This document shows, in pieces, positions 43,744 to 54,222 of a stretch of 58,283 nt of DNA. The stretch's first letter is position 1. Each line of letters starts with the position of its first letter. The position numbers and the translations under genes were made by a program. Below the pieces are notes generated by a model, which was not told the origin of the DNA, made no database searches, and was given only the letters and a program-made list of their open reading frames with translations. The stretch spans positions 1-58,283 of the forward strand of contig JAUIFY010000004.1 of assembly GCA_030430245.1 (NCBI GenBank). The letters run 5' to 3'. The stretch is from a bacterium. GTDB lineage: Bacteria; Desulfobacterota; Binatia; UBA12015.

Positions 43744-46220
43744 CGCGGGAGCTCCGGGACCGACTCGTCGGAGTCCTCGATCGCGCCCAGGGAGCGCAGC
43801 CGCGCGATCTCGTCGGCGGCAAGCCCGAGCAGGCCGCCGAAGACCGCGTCGTTGTGCTCTCCCACCGCGGCACCCGCCGAACGCGTTCGCCCGGGTGTTC
43901 CGGTCAGCCCGAACGGGATGCCGTTCGCGACCACGGTGCCGCGAAGCGCGTGGTCGATCTTCTCGAAGAAGCCCCGGGCGGCCAGCTGGGGATCCCGCTC
44001 CCATTGATCCTCGGTCGTCTGGACGACGCCCGCGGCGACGCCGGCCTCCTGCAGGCGCGCCTCCACGCTCCACGCGTCCAGCGCCGACGTCCAACCCGCG
44101 ACGAGCGCATCCAGCGCGTCGACGTTCTCCAGCCGAGCCTCCATCGTCGCGAAACGCGCATCCTCCGCCCACTCGGGATGCGCCGCGACGTCCGCCAACC
44201 GTCGCCACTCCTCGTCGGAGAAGACCGCGATCGCGCACCAACGATCGTCCCCCTTCGCCGGATAGCAGCCGTGCGGTGCGGCGTAGGGCGAACGGTTCCC
44301 GATCCGCGCGGGGTCCCGCCCCGAAGAAATCGACTCCGTCATCACGTCCCCGAAGACCGAGATCATGGCCTCCATCTGCGAGAGGTTCACGCGCTGCCCC
44401 TCGCCCGTCCGGTCGCGATGCTCGAGCGCCGCCAGGACCGCCACGAGCCCGTGCATCGCACTCACCGAGTCCGGATAGGCGAAGTGGGTCATCGCGCACG
44501 GTCGATGGGCGAATCCCGAGCTCGCGGCGAGCCCCGACACGGCCTCGATGTTCGGCCCCCACGAGACGTACTCGCGACACGGCCCGTCGTCGCCGAACCC
44601 CGACGTCCCGAACCACACGAGATCGGGTCTCACCCGCCGAGCGACCTCCCAGCCGAGTCCGAGCTTGTCGAGCACGCCCGGCGTGAAGTTCTCGACCACG
44701 ACGTCCGCGGTGCCCATCAGCCCGGTCGCGAGCTCGACGGCCTCGGGCTTGGTGAGATCCAGCGCGACGAACCGCTTGCCGGCGTTCCAATCGGTGAACC
44801 ACGGCGACAGCCGCGATTGCACACCCAGCTCGGGAGCCCACGGCGGTACGTACTGACGGGTCACGTCGGGGTGGGCCTTCGACTCGATCTTGATCACGTC
44901 GGCGCCACACCAGGCCATCGCTCGTCCGATCCAGGGCCCCGCCATCCCCATCGAGAACTCGACGACGCGGAGGTCTCCCAGCGCGCCTTCCACGTCTTCG
45001 GCCGTCATCGAGCGCACGGCGTTGCCGAGGACTCCACCAGATGCCTCGTCCCCGAACACCTCGCGATCGTGCTCGCCGACGCGAGGGGCTCGGGCCCGGA
45101 CGCTGGCCCGCGTCCGCTCGTGGCGGTAGGGCGGTCCGGGCACGACCAGCGGTCCCTCCTCCCCGTGCGGCACCGGGACGAAGTAGCGACGAGCCTCGAG
45201 CTGCGGGTCCTCCGCCACCTGCGAGGCCGTCTGCACCGGGGTGAAGGCGAGATGACGCGCCTGCCCCTGGTGGTACATCTCCGCCACCGTGTGCTGCGCC
45301 GTCAGCTCGCCGATGAAGTGATCGATCAAGGCGCGGTCCTCGATCCGGTTCGCGGACGGGCCCTTCCAGAGGGGATTCAAGATCGCTTCCTCTCCGGTCT
45401 CCTCGAAGACCCACCTCGCGACGCCCTCCCAGTGCGCGGGTCGATTGACCATCAAATACACCAACCCGTCGCGACATGCGTAGGCGCCCGACGGCACCGA
45501 AGCGAAGAGCCCCGTGCCCGCGCGCTTGGGGATCATCCCGTCGTCGAGCCACTTCCCCACGCCCGTGATGTGACTCATCGACGCCACGCTCTCGAGCGCG
45601 GAGATGTCGACGTGCTGCCCCCCTCGAGCGCGACTCGCCGCACGAAGCGCGATCAGCGTCGCGGCCGCCGCGTTCGCCGACGTCATGACGTCGGCGTGCG
45701 AGCCGGCGAGACGCACGGGCGGATCGTCGGCGTATCCCGTCACCACGGCGGCGCCCCCGAGGGCCGTCGCGATCAGGTCGGACGACTTCCAATGGCGCCG
45801 CGGGCCGGTCTGCCCGAACCCCGTGATCGACGTGAGCACCAGATCCGGATTCCGATCGCGAAGCACGTCCCAACCGAGCCCGCGCTCCGCGAGCCGTCCG
45901 GGTCGCTCGGCCTCGACGACCGCATCCGCCGTCGAGACCATCGAGAGGAACCGCTCGCGGTCGTCGCTGGAACCGTCGAGGTCGAGCACCACGCCGCGCT
46001 TGCTCGTACCCGTGTAGAGGAACCAGAAGCCTCCGTCCGCGTGCTTCCGTCCCTTCCAGAAGGGAGGACGCCGCCGCATCGGGTGCCCCCCCGGGGGCTC
46101 GACCAGGATCACGTCCGCTCCGAGATCGGCGAGAAGCTTCCCGCAATAGGCGGTCTCCGGCGCGGCCAGCTCGAGAATCCGCCGGCCGGCGAGCGCGTCG
46201 CACGAAGCGGAGGCGTTCAC
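43740..46220 (-). CDS. Tandem (two-domain) family III CoA transferase (CaiB/BaiF)
   Basis: Two CaiB units: LADLGADVILVEPPGG...SITGFGQTGP...GQHVDIS and AWCGADVIKIES...ENFTPGVLDKLGL...SGFGDDGP...GEGQRVNLS. Confidence 0.92.
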   Translation of the reverse strand: MNASASCDALAGRRILELAAPETAYCGKLLADLGADVILVEPPGGHPMRRRPPFWKGRKHADGGFWFLYTGTSKRGVVLDLDGSSDDRERFLSMVSTADAVVEAERPGRLAERGLGWDVLRDRNPDLVLTSITGFGQTGPRRHWKSSDLIATALGGAAVVTGYADDPPVRLAGSHADVMTSANAAAATLIALRAASRARGGQHVDISALESVASMSHITGVGKWLDDGMIPKRAGTGLFASVPSGAYACRDGLVYLMVNRPAHWEGVARWVFEETGEEAILNPLWKGPSANRIEDRALIDHFIGELTAQHTVAEMYHQGQARHLAFTPVQTASQVAEDPQLEARRYFVPVPHGEEGPLVVPGPPYRHERTRASVRARAPRVGEHDREVFGDEASGGVLGNAVRSMTAEDVEGALGDLRVVEFSMGMAGPWIGRAMAWCGADVIKIESKAHPDVTRQYVPPWAPELGVQSRLSPWFTDWNAGKRFVALDLTKPEAVELATGLMGTADVVVENFTPGVLDKLGLGWEVARRVRPDLVWFGTSGFGDDGPCREYVSWGPNIEAVSGLAASSGFAHRPCAMTHFAYPDSVSAMHGLVAVLAALEHRDRTGEGQRVNLSQMEAMISVFGDVMTESISSGRDPARIGNRSPYAAPHGCYPAKGDDRWCAIAVFSDEEWRRLADVAAHPEWAEDARFATMEARLENVDALDALVAGWTSALDAWSVEARLQEAGVAAGVVQTTEDQWERDPQLAARGFFEKIDHALRGTVVANGIPFGLTGTPGRTRSAGAAVGEHNDAVFGGLLGLAADEIARLRSLGAIEDSDESVPELPR

Positions 46221-46226
46221 CGCGGC

Positions 46227-47387
46227 TCAGGCCGGCGCCGACCGCAGATCCGGCGGGCCGCCTCCATCGAGAAGGTCCGCGGCGATCCGGTCCTCACAGG
46301 TCCGCGAGTCCCACCAGGAGATCTGGAGCTGCTTCGCGCGGCGGAAGTACAGCTGGATGTCGTACTCGACCGAAAAGCCCATCCCTCCGTGGATCTGCTG
46401 GGCCATCTTGGTCGTCTCGACGAACGTCTCGTCGGCGAACAGCTTCGCCATCGGTGCCAGCCGACGCACCGAGCGGCCCGCGTCCCGCGCCCACGCCGCC
46501 TCGTACACGAGGGTGCGGCCCCCATCGATCCGGGTCGAGGCATCCGCCATGTCGTGGGCGAGCGCCTGGAACGCACCGAGGGGCTTGCCGAACTGATGGC
46601 GCTCCTTCGCGTAGGCGACGGTCATCTCGAGCGCGCGGTCCGCGCCGCCCATCGCCTGCGCCGCGAGCACGATGGCGGCGTCCTGCGCGACGGCGTCCCA
46701 CGTCGTCCAGCCCGAGCCGGCCGTGCCGATCCGATCGGCCGACCGGACGCGCACCGCGTCGAACCGCACCTCGAAGCGCGCATCCGAACCCATCACCTTG
46801 CGCTGCGCGAGCGCCACGCCGGTCGCGTTCGGGTCGACGAGGAAGAGGTCGATCTCCTCGTCACCGACGCCGGTCCGCGCGAGCACCAACAGGCGATCGG
46901 CGCCGCGCGCGAAGGCGACGAGGTGCTTCACGCCCGAGAGCTGGAAGCCGCCGTCGACGGGCTCGGCCGCGAGACGCACGCCGCCGGGATCGAAGCCCCC
47001 GCGCGGCTCGAGCCACGCCGGCGCGAGGACCGCATCGCCGCTGGCGATGCGCGGCAACCATTCGCGCCTCTGGGCGTCGCTTCCCGCCCGGAGCAGCACG
47101 CCGGCGGCCACGATCGCGCTCGAGAAATGCGGCGTCGGCGCGAGAGCCCGCCCCAGCTCCTCATAGAGCACGACCGCCTCCAGCATGCCCTGATCCGTGC
47201 CGCCGTACTCCTCGGGGATGCGAAGCCCCGTCAAGCCGAGCGCGCCGAGCTGCCGCCAGAGATCCCGGGCGCAGCCATCGGGGTCGTCCTCGAGCGCGCG
47301 CACGACCTCGTAGGATGCGTGCTTCCGACAGAGGCCACGGACCGTCTCGCGAAGCAGGTCCTGCTCGGAGCTGAACTCGAGGTCCAT
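46227..47387 (-). CDS. Acyl-CoA dehydrogenase family subunit (no obvious catalytic Glu)
   Basis: MDLEFSSEQ; IPEEYGG; YAKERHQFGKPLGAFQA; QIHGGMGF. Confidence 0.9.
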   Translation of the reverse strand: MDLEFSSEQDLLRETVRGLCRKHASYEVVRALEDDPDGCARDLWRQLGALGLTGLRIPEEYGGTDQGMLEAVVLYEELGRALAPTPHFSSAIVAAGVLLRAGSDAQRREWLPRIASGDAVLAPAWLEPRGGFDPGGVRLAAEPVDGGFQLSGVKHLVAFARGADRLLVLARTGVGDEEIDLFLVDPNATGVALAQRKVMGSDARFEVRFDAVRVRSADRIGTAGSGWTTWDAVAQDAAIVLAAQAMGGADRALEMTVAYAKERHQFGKPLGAFQALAHDMADASTRIDGGRTLVYEAAWARDAGRSVRRLAPMAKLFADETFVETTKMAQQIHGGMGFSVEYDIQLYFRRAKQLQISWWDSRTCEDRIAADLLDGGGPPDLRSAPA

Positions 47388-47481
47388 GGGGTGGATAGAG
47401 CATACGACCCCGGGGACCGGTAGCCCGAGCGCCCCTCGCGCCTCCGTGGAAGACGCGGGATCCATGGGATACACCCTCGTC

Positions 47482-49047
47482 ATGCACGGCACGATTCCGG
47501 GAGCCGTTCGGGACGCCGCGGAACGCTTCGGCACCGCGATGGCGATCGAAGAGGGCCCGACGAAGCTCACCTTCGAAGCCCTCTGGGAAGCGGGCTTGAC
47601 CGCGGCGCGAGCCTTCCTCGCGGCCGGGCTCGAGCGCGGCGACCGCGTTGCCGTCTGGGCACCGAACATCCACGAGTGGATCCTGGCGACCATCGGCCTC
47701 CAGGCCGCCGGCGCCACGCTGGTCCCGCTCAACACGCGACTGAAAAAGGGCGAAGCGGCGTACATCCTGAACAAGAGCAAGGCGCGCGTCCTGTGCACCG
47801 TCACCGACTTCCTCGGGGTCGACTACGTCTCCGAGATCCGACAGGAGGAGACGGCTCTGGAGACGATCGTCGCCCTGCGCGGGACGTCCGAGGGAGCGAT
47901 CCCGTGGGCGGAGTTTCTCGCGACCGGGGAGTCCGTCCCCGAGGCCGCGGTGCGAGAGCGCGTCGACTCGGTCTCCCCGGACGATCTCTCCGACATCCTC
48001 TTCACGTCGGGCACGACCGGCAATCCGAAGGGCGTGATGACGACGCACGCGCAGAACATCAAGGTGTTCCTCGCATGGTCCGGAATCGTCGGCCTGCGCG
48101 AAGGAGATCGCTACCTGATCGTGAACCCCTTCTTCCACGCCTTCGGGTACAAGGCGGGATGGCTCTCGTGCATCCTCCGGGGAGCGACCATCCTACCACA
48201 GCTGGTCTTCGACGTTCCCCAGGTGCTCGAGCGCGTCGGGCGCGACCGGATCTCCGTGCTCCCCGGTCCGCCGACGCTCTACCAGTCGATCCTCTCGCAC
48301 CCCGATCTCGGCAAACACGACATTTCGAACCTTCGTCTGTCCGTCACCGGCGCGGCGGCGATCCCGGTCGAGCTCATCCACCGCATGCAGAGGGAGCTCG
48401 GCTTCGAGACGATCATCACCGGCTACGGCCTCACCGAGTCGACCGGCACCGTCTCCATGTGCCGGGAGGGCGACGACGCGGAGACGATCGCGACCACGTC
48501 GGGTCGCGCGATCGACGACGTCGAGGTGCGCTGCGTGAACGAGAGTGGCGAGGAGGTCCCTCGCGGGGAACCCGGCGAGGTCGTCGTCCGCGGCTACAAC
48601 GTGATGAAGGGCTATCTCGACGACCCCGAGGAAACCGCGAAGGCGATCGACGCCGACGGCTGGCTGCACACGGGCGACATCGCGATCATGGACGAGCGCG
48701 GCTACCTGCGGATCACCGACCGCATCAAGGACATGTTCATCATGGGCGGCTTCAACTGCTACCCGGCCGAGATCGAGAACATCATGTTCGGAAGTGGCGA
48801 CTTCACCCAGGTCGCGGTCGTCGGCGTTCCCGACGAGCGCATGGGCGAGGTGGGCATGGCGTTCGTCGTCCCGGCCCCGGGGAAGACCGTCGAGCCCGAC
48901 GGCGTCGTGGCCTGGTGTCGCGCCAACATGGCCAACTACAAGGTTCCGCGCTACGTCGAGGTCGTCCCGGAGCTTCCGGTGAACGCCTCTGGCAAGGTCA
49001 CGAAGTTCGTTCTGCGCGACCGCGCGAGGGAGATCGTCGCGGGCTGA
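47482..49047 (+). CDS. FadD3-like acyl-CoA ligase
   Basis: DILFTSGTTGNPKG; VNPFFHAFGYKAG; VTGAA; GYGLTE; DRIKDMFIMGGFNCYPAEIE; MANYKVPR. Confidence 0.9.
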   Translation: MHGTIPGAVRDAAERFGTAMAIEEGPTKLTFEALWEAGLTAARAFLAAGLERGDRVAVWAPNIHEWILATIGLQAAGATLVPLNTRLKKGEAAYILNKSKARVLCTVTDFLGVDYVSEIRQEETALETIVALRGTSEGAIPWAEFLATGESVPEAAVRERVDSVSPDDLSDILFTSGTTGNPKGVMTTHAQNIKVFLAWSGIVGLREGDRYLIVNPFFHAFGYKAGWLSCILRGATILPQLVFDVPQVLERVGRDRISVLPGPPTLYQSILSHPDLGKHDISNLRLSVTGAAAIPVELIHRMQRELGFETIITGYGLTESTGTVSMCREGDDAETIATTSGRAIDDVEVRCVNESGEEVPRGEPGEVVVRGYNVMKGYLDDPEETAKAIDADGWLHTGDIAIMDERGYLRITDRIKDMFIMGGFNCYPAEIENIMFGSGDFTQVAVVGVPDERMGEVGMAFVVPAPGKTVEPDGVVAWCRANMANYKVPRYVEVVPELPVNASGKVTKFVLRDRAREIVAG

Positions 49048-49074
49048 CCGACGCTCGCGGGAACGTGGTCAGGC

Positions 49075-50445
49075 GTGGAACTCGGTCCTTTCCTTCGCGA
49101 AGCACGCGTCGACGCTGCGCCCGGTGCGCGGATTCGGATCGACGGCGCCGATCCGGTCCTCGCGACCAGCTACCCGACGGGGGAAGCGGCGGCCGCAGCC
49201 CTCGCCCTGGTCGGGGCCGCCGCGGCCCACGTGCACGAGCTCCGCGGCGGGGCACCCCAGGCGGTATCCGTCGACGTGTCGGGCGCGGCGATGAGCCTCG
49301 TGAGCTTCGCGCTGCAGAAGGCCTCCAGCGGCATCGATCTGGTCCGACACCACAACCCGGCCATCGGCCTCTACGAGACGCGAGACGGGCGCTGGATCCA
49401 CCTTCACGGCGGCTTCCCGGGGCTGGCGAAGGGTCTGACGGACCTCCTTGGGTGCCCACTCGACGCGGAAGCCATCGCGAGCGCGGTTCGGAGGCACGAT
49501 GCGCAGGAGCTCGAGGACTCGATCGCCGCGCGCGGGCTCTGTGGATGCATCGTTCGTACGGCGGAGGAGTGGAGCGAGCACCCGCACGGCCGAGCGCTCG
49601 CACCGCGTCCCGTCGTAGAGATCGACCGCATCGGCGACGCCGATCCCGTGCCCCTGTCCGAGACGGAACGACCTCTGGGCGACGTACGGGTCCTGGACCT
49701 CACCCGCGTCCTCGCCGGACCGACCTGCGGTCGCACGCTGGCGTCCTTCGGGGCGGACGTCCTGCGCATCGGCGCGGAGCGCATCCCCAGCATCGAGCCG
49801 TTCGTGATCGATACGGGACACGGCAAGCGAAACGCGTTCCTCGATCTCGACGAGTCCGACGACCGCGCCCGACTCGACCGCCTGCTCGAGCGCGCCGACC
49901 TCCTCTGCCAGAGCTACCGCCCGAACGCCCTCGCGCGCCGCGGCCTCTCCCCGGAGGAGCTCGCCGCGAAGCGGCCCGGCATCGTCTACGTCTCGGTCAG
50001 CTGCTACGGGCACGTCGGCCCGTTCTCCGATCGGCCGGGATGGGAGCAGCTCGCCCAATCGGCCGTCGGCATCGCGGACCACGAGGCGCGCGACGGTCGC
50101 CCGGCGATCATCCCGGCGGCCGCGACCGACTTCACGACCGGCTACCTCGCCGCGTTCGGCGCCCTGACCGCGCTGGCGCGTCGCGCGCGGGAGGGTGGAA
50201 GCTGGCACGTCAAGGCCTCGCTCTGTCAGACCGGCATGTGGCTCACGCGACTGGGGCCTCGATTCGACCGCGACGCGGCGCGCGGATTCGATCGCCCCGA
50301 GCGGTTCGCGACGACGTCCGAGACCGCGTGGGGCACGCTCCAGCACGTCGCGCCGATCATCGAGATGGAGACCACGCCCGCTCGTTGGGACCTGCCGCCC
50401 TCCCCGCTCGGGACGCATCCCCCCGTCTGGCGGGACGCCCCGTAG
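49075..50445 (+). CDS. Family III CoA transferase
   Basis: VRVLDLTRVLAGPTCGRTLASFGADVL; DTGHGKR; SYRP; AATDFTTG. Confidence 0.9.
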   Translation: MELGPFLREARVDAAPGARIRIDGADPVLATSYPTGEAAAAALALVGAAAAHVHELRGGAPQAVSVDVSGAAMSLVSFALQKASSGIDLVRHHNPAIGLYETRDGRWIHLHGGFPGLAKGLTDLLGCPLDAEAIASAVRRHDAQELEDSIAARGLCGCIVRTAEEWSEHPHGRALAPRPVVEIDRIGDADPVPLSETERPLGDVRVLDLTRVLAGPTCGRTLASFGADVLRIGAERIPSIEPFVIDTGHGKRNAFLDLDESDDRARLDRLLERADLLCQSYRPNALARRGLSPEELAAKRPGIVYVSVSCYGHVGPFSDRPGWEQLAQSAVGIADHEARDGRPAIIPAAATDFTTGYLAAFGALTALARRAREGGSWHVKASLCQTGMWLTRLGPRFDRDAARGFDRPERFATTSETAWGTLQHVAPIIEMETTPARWDLPPSPLGTHPPVWRDAP

Positions 50446-50501
50446 GCTCTTCGGGCGAGCACTTGCCGGCAAGCCCCTCGGCATCGGATAAAGCCTCGCC
50501 G

Positions 50502-52091
50502 ATGCCGTTGGAAACCCAGGTTGGAGACGGAGGGCTCTGGGCGCAGATCGAGGCGCGCGCCCGGGCGACGCCAGACGCCCTCTTCACCGTCGACGAGCGA
50601 GACAGGCGAAACACGTTTCGCGACTTCCGCGACGCCGCCGAGCGATGCGCGGCGGGACTCGCGGCCCGGGGCATCGGCCGCGAGTCGATGGTGTCCTGGA
50701 TGCTGCCGACGACCTGGGAGTCCATGGTTCTGGTGGCCGCTCTCTCGCGGCTGGAGGCGGTCCAGAACCCGATCCTGCCGATCTACCGACACCGAGAAGT
50801 ACGGTTCATCACGAGGCAGGCGAAGAGCGAGCTCCTGATCGTCCCCACGTCGTGGCGCGGCTTCGACTACCTCGCGATGGCGCGCGACATCGCCGTCGAG
50901 CGCGACGGTCTCGACGTATTGGTGGTCGACGACTCCCTCCCGGAGGGAGACCCGTCCGCACTCCCGCCTCCGCCGCCCGACGTCGGCGACGACGACGCCC
51001 CCATCCGCTGGCTCTTCTATAGCTCCGGGACGACGGCGGAGCCGAAGGGAGCCCAGCACACCGACCGGACGTTGGCCGCCGCGGGACGGGGAATGGTCGA
51101 AGCTCTCGCGCTGCGCGAGGACGACCGCGTCGCGATGGTGTTCCCGTTCACGCACGTCGGCGGCATCATCTGGGTGTTCAGCAGCATGCGATGCGGCTGC
51201 TCCTTCATCGTGGTCCCGATCTTCGACCCCGCGACGACCCCGGGCGTTCTCGCGAAGCACGGCGTCACGCAGGCGACGGCGGGCACCGCGTTTCATCAGG
51301 TCTACCTCGCCGCGCAGCGAGAGCGCCGCGCGAGCGGCGACGACTCTCCCCTCTTCCCGCACGTGCGCACCTTTCCCGGGGGTGGGGCGCCCAAGCCGCC
51401 GCAACTCCACTACGACATGAAGCAGGAGATGGGCGGTGCCGGCATCGTCGCAGGGTACGGGATGACCGAGTGCCCGATCCTCGCGATGGCATCGACTCAC
51501 GACCCCGACGACAAGCTCGCGGACACCGAGGGCCGCGCCTGCCCCTCCGAGGTGGATCTGCGCGTCGTCAAACACGACGAGGCTCTCGCTGCACCGGGAG
51601 AGGAAGGCGAGATTCGCGTCCGGGCTCCCCAGCTCTTCCGGGGCTACCTCGACGCATCGCTGAACGCCGCCGCGTTCGATCCGAACGGCTACTTTCGAAC
51701 GGGCGACCTCGGCCGCGTCGACGAGGAAGGATACGTCTCGATCACCGGCCGACTGAAGGACGTGATCATTCGCAAGGGCGAGAACATCAGCGCCAAGGAG
51801 ATCGAGGACCTCCTCTATACACACGAGAAGGTCGAAGACGTCGCCGTGATCGGCCTACCCGACGCCGACACCGGCGAACGCGCGTGCGCCGTCGTCTCGC
51901 TGAACGACGCATCCCGGCCGCTCGCGATGGACGAGATGGTCGCCTTCCTCAAAGAGAAGGGCCTCATGGTCCAGAAGATTCCCGAGCAGATCGAGGCGAT
52001 CGACGAGATCCCCCGCAACGCGACCGGAAAGATCCTGAAGCAAGACCTCCGGAAGAAGTTCGAGCACACGAAACGAGGAGACCGTCCATGA
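50502..52091 (+). CDS. AMP-binding acyl-CoA ligase (cyclohexanecarboxylate-CoA ligase/FadK-like)
   Basis: [12 protein letters not shown]; GYGMTE; FRTGDLG; [20 protein letters not shown]; QKIPEQ; TGKI. Confidence 0.9.
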   Translation: MPLETQVGDGGLWAQIEARARATPDALFTVDERDRRNTFRDFRDAAERCAAGLAARGIGRESMVSWMLPTTWESMVLVAALSRLEAVQNPILPIYRHREVRFITRQAKSELLIVPTSWRGFDYLAMARDIAVERDGLDVLVVDDSLPEGDPSALPPPPPDVGDDDAPIRWLFYSSGTTAEPKGAQHTDRTLAAAGRGMVEALALREDDRVAMVFPFTHVGGIIWVFSSMRCGCSFIVVPIFDPATTPGVLAKHGVTQATAGTAFHQVYLAAQRERRASGDDSPLFPHVRTFPGGGAPKPPQLHYDMKQEMGGAGIVAGYGMTECPILAMASTHDPDDKLADTEGRACPSEVDLRVVKHDEALAAPGEEGEIRVRAPQLFRGYLDASLNAAAFDPNGYFRTGDLGRVDEEGYVSITGRLKDVIIRKGENISAKEIEDLLYTHEKVEDVAVIGLPDADTGERACAVVSLNDASRPLAMDEMVAFLKEKGLMVQKIPEQIEAIDEIPRNATGKILKQDLRKKFEHTKRGDRP

Positions 52092-54106
52092 GACTGCGGC
52101 AGATCGCGTCCGTCATCCTTGTCCTGCTCCCCCTCGCCGCGCACGCAGCGGGCGGTGGGGCCGCGTCCGTCGACGACGCGCGCCTGCGCAATGCGAACGA
52201 CGAGCCGCAGAACTGGCTCACCCACGGCCGAGACTACGCCGAGCAGCGCTACAGCCCGCTCGAACAGGTCGACGAGAAGAACATCGGCCGTCTCGTGCGC
52301 GTATGGAGCTACGAGACCGGCCTCAAGCGGGGACACGAGGCCACCCCAATCGTCGTCGATGGTGTCATGTACGCGACGGGCTCCTGGAGCGTCGTGTTCG
52401 CACTCGACGCGAAGACGGGCAAAGAGCTGTGGCGCTTCGACCCCGAGGTACCGAAGGCCGTCGGGGCGAAGGCGTGCTGCGACGTCGTGAACCGCGGCGT
52501 GGCCGTTTACGATGGGAAGGTCTACTTCGGAACCCTCGACGGCCGGCTGATTGCACTCGACGCCGAGACCGGAAGGCCCGCCTGGGAGGTCGTCACGGTC
52601 GACCAATCCAAGGCCTATACGATCACCGGCGCACCGCGGATCGTGAAGGGCAAGGTGATCATCGGCAACGGCGGTGCCGAGTTCGGTGTGCGCGGGTACG
52701 TGTCGGCGTACGACGCCGAGAACGGCACGCTGGTCTGGCGAACGTACACGGTACCGGGCAATCCGGCCGACGGCTTCGAGTCGGAGGCGCTCGAAAGAGC
52801 GGCCCAAACGTGGTCGGGCGGCGAGTGGTGGAAGATTGGTGGCGGCGGCACCGTGTGGGATTCGATGGCCTTCGATCCCGAGCTGGACCTCCTCTACGTC
52901 GGTACCGGCAACGGGTCCCCGTGGAGTCGCGTGCACCGCAGCCCGGGCGGCGGCGACAATCTCTACCTCTCCTCCATCCTCGCGCTCGACCCCGACACGG
53001 GCGAGCTCGCGTGGCACTTCCAGACGACGCCGGGCGACAACTGGGACTTCACCGCGACGCAGCACATGATCCTGGCCGACCTCGAGATCGGCGGGAAGAA
53101 GCGCAAGGTGCTCATGCAAGCCCCGAAGAACGGCTACTTCTGGGTCGTCGACCGCGAGACCGGCGAGTTCATCTCGGCCGAGCCCTACGTCGAGGTCACC
53201 TGGTCCGACGGAGTCGATCCGAAGACCGGCCGCCCGCACGAGACGGGAACGGCCGACTACGGCAAGGCGATCGCGGTCGTGAAGCCCACTGCCTTCGGGG
53301 GACACAACTGGCAGCCGATGTCCTTCAACCCGGAGACGGGCCTGGTCTACATCCCGGCCCAGGAAATCGTCGGAGCATACCGATTCAACCCGAAGGAGAT
53401 GCTGACCTCGGAGCACTTCAACACGCAGACCGATCTCGCGGTCTTCGCGACGCTGGTTCGCGAAGTCGTCGCCGGGCATCTCCTCGCGTGGGATCCGGTC
53501 GAGCAGAAGGAAGCATGGCGACATCCGTACGCCATGCCGTGGAACGGCGGGACGCTCACCACCGCCGGGAATCTCGTGTTCCAGGGGACGGCCGACGGAC
53601 GTTTCCTCGCGCTCGACGCGACCAATGGGCGCAAGCTCTGGGAGTTCCATACGGGATCCGGGGTCATCGCGGCGCCGATCACCTACTCGATCGACGGCGT
53701 CCAGTACGTGACGATCGTCGCTGGCTGGGGCGGCGCGTTCGCGCTGGTCGGGGGTGACGCGGCCTCGCAGGGCGGAGCTCCGTCGAAGGGCGTCGTCCAC
53801 ACGTTCGCGCTCTCGGACCTGGCGATCACGCCGGCCGTGCTCGAGGAGATGCTCGCGGGTCGCGACGAGAAGCTCGCCGAAGAGGAAGACCTCTACCACC
53901 GCTGGTGTGCGCGTTGCCACGGCGTGACGGCGATCAGCGGCGGCGCGGTGGCCGATCTGCGACATTCGGCACCGGACATGAAGAAGTCCTTCGTCGACAT
54001 CGTCCAGAAGGGCATGCCGGGGGTCGGGATGCCGGCGTTCGGAGAGATCCTCACCAAAGAGCAGATCGAGAAGATTCAGAGCTACATCGAGGGGCGGCCG
54101 AGCTGA
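52088..54106 (+). CDS. Quinohemoprotein (type II) PQQ alcohol dehydrogenase, Ca-type
   Basis: Signal peptide; vicinal CC in ACCDVVNRG; GGAEFGVRG; VGTGNG; WDFTA; HNWQPMS; C-terminal CARCH heme site; ATGA overlap. Confidence 0.93.
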   Translation: MRLRQIASVILVLLPLAAHAAGGGAASVDDARLRNANDEPQNWLTHGRDYAEQRYSPLEQVDEKNIGRLVRVWSYETGLKRGHEATPIVVDGVMYATGSWSVVFALDAKTGKELWRFDPEVPKAVGAKACCDVVNRGVAVYDGKVYFGTLDGRLIALDAETGRPAWEVVTVDQSKAYTITGAPRIVKGKVIIGNGGAEFGVRGYVSAYDAENGTLVWRTYTVPGNPADGFESEALERAAQTWSGGEWWKIGGGGTVWDSMAFDPELDLLYVGTGNGSPWSRVHRSPGGGDNLYLSSILALDPDTGELAWHFQTTPGDNWDFTATQHMILADLEIGGKKRKVLMQAPKNGYFWVVDRETGEFISAEPYVEVTWSDGVDPKTGRPHETGTADYGKAIAVVKPTAFGGHNWQPMSFNPETGLVYIPAQEIVGAYRFNPKEMLTSEHFNTQTDLAVFATLVREVVAGHLLAWDPVEQKEAWRHPYAMPWNGGTLTTAGNLVFQGTADGRFLALDATNGRKLWEFHTGSGVIAAPITYSIDGVQYVTIVAGWGGAFALVGGDAASQGGAPSKGVVHTFALSDLAITPAVLEEMLAGRDEKLAEEEDLYHRWCARCHGVTAISGGAVADLRHSAPDMKKSFVDIVQKGMPGVGMPAFGEILTKEQIEKIQSYIEGRPS

Positions 54107-54222
54107 GGGCGCGGGGAACTTGGGGCGTTCTTGGCGGTCCGCGCGGGCGCGTGGTATGAATTTGGCTCGGCTTTCGGAGCGCGTGCCCCCTCTCGGCTGT
54201 ACCTCCCCCGGCCCGCGCGATC

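Noticed and set aside
47676-52091. 1471-aa ORF suggesting a giant fusion
   Set aside because: Only the part from 50502 is protein-like; the upstream part is an alternative frame over the FadD3-like and CoA-transferase genes.
52088-54106. Lanthanide-dependent (XoxF/ExaF-type) dehydrogenase
   Set aside because: The motif reads WDFTA, lacking the extra Asp (D-x-D) that ligates lanthanides; the heme c domain fits a Ca-type QH-ADH.
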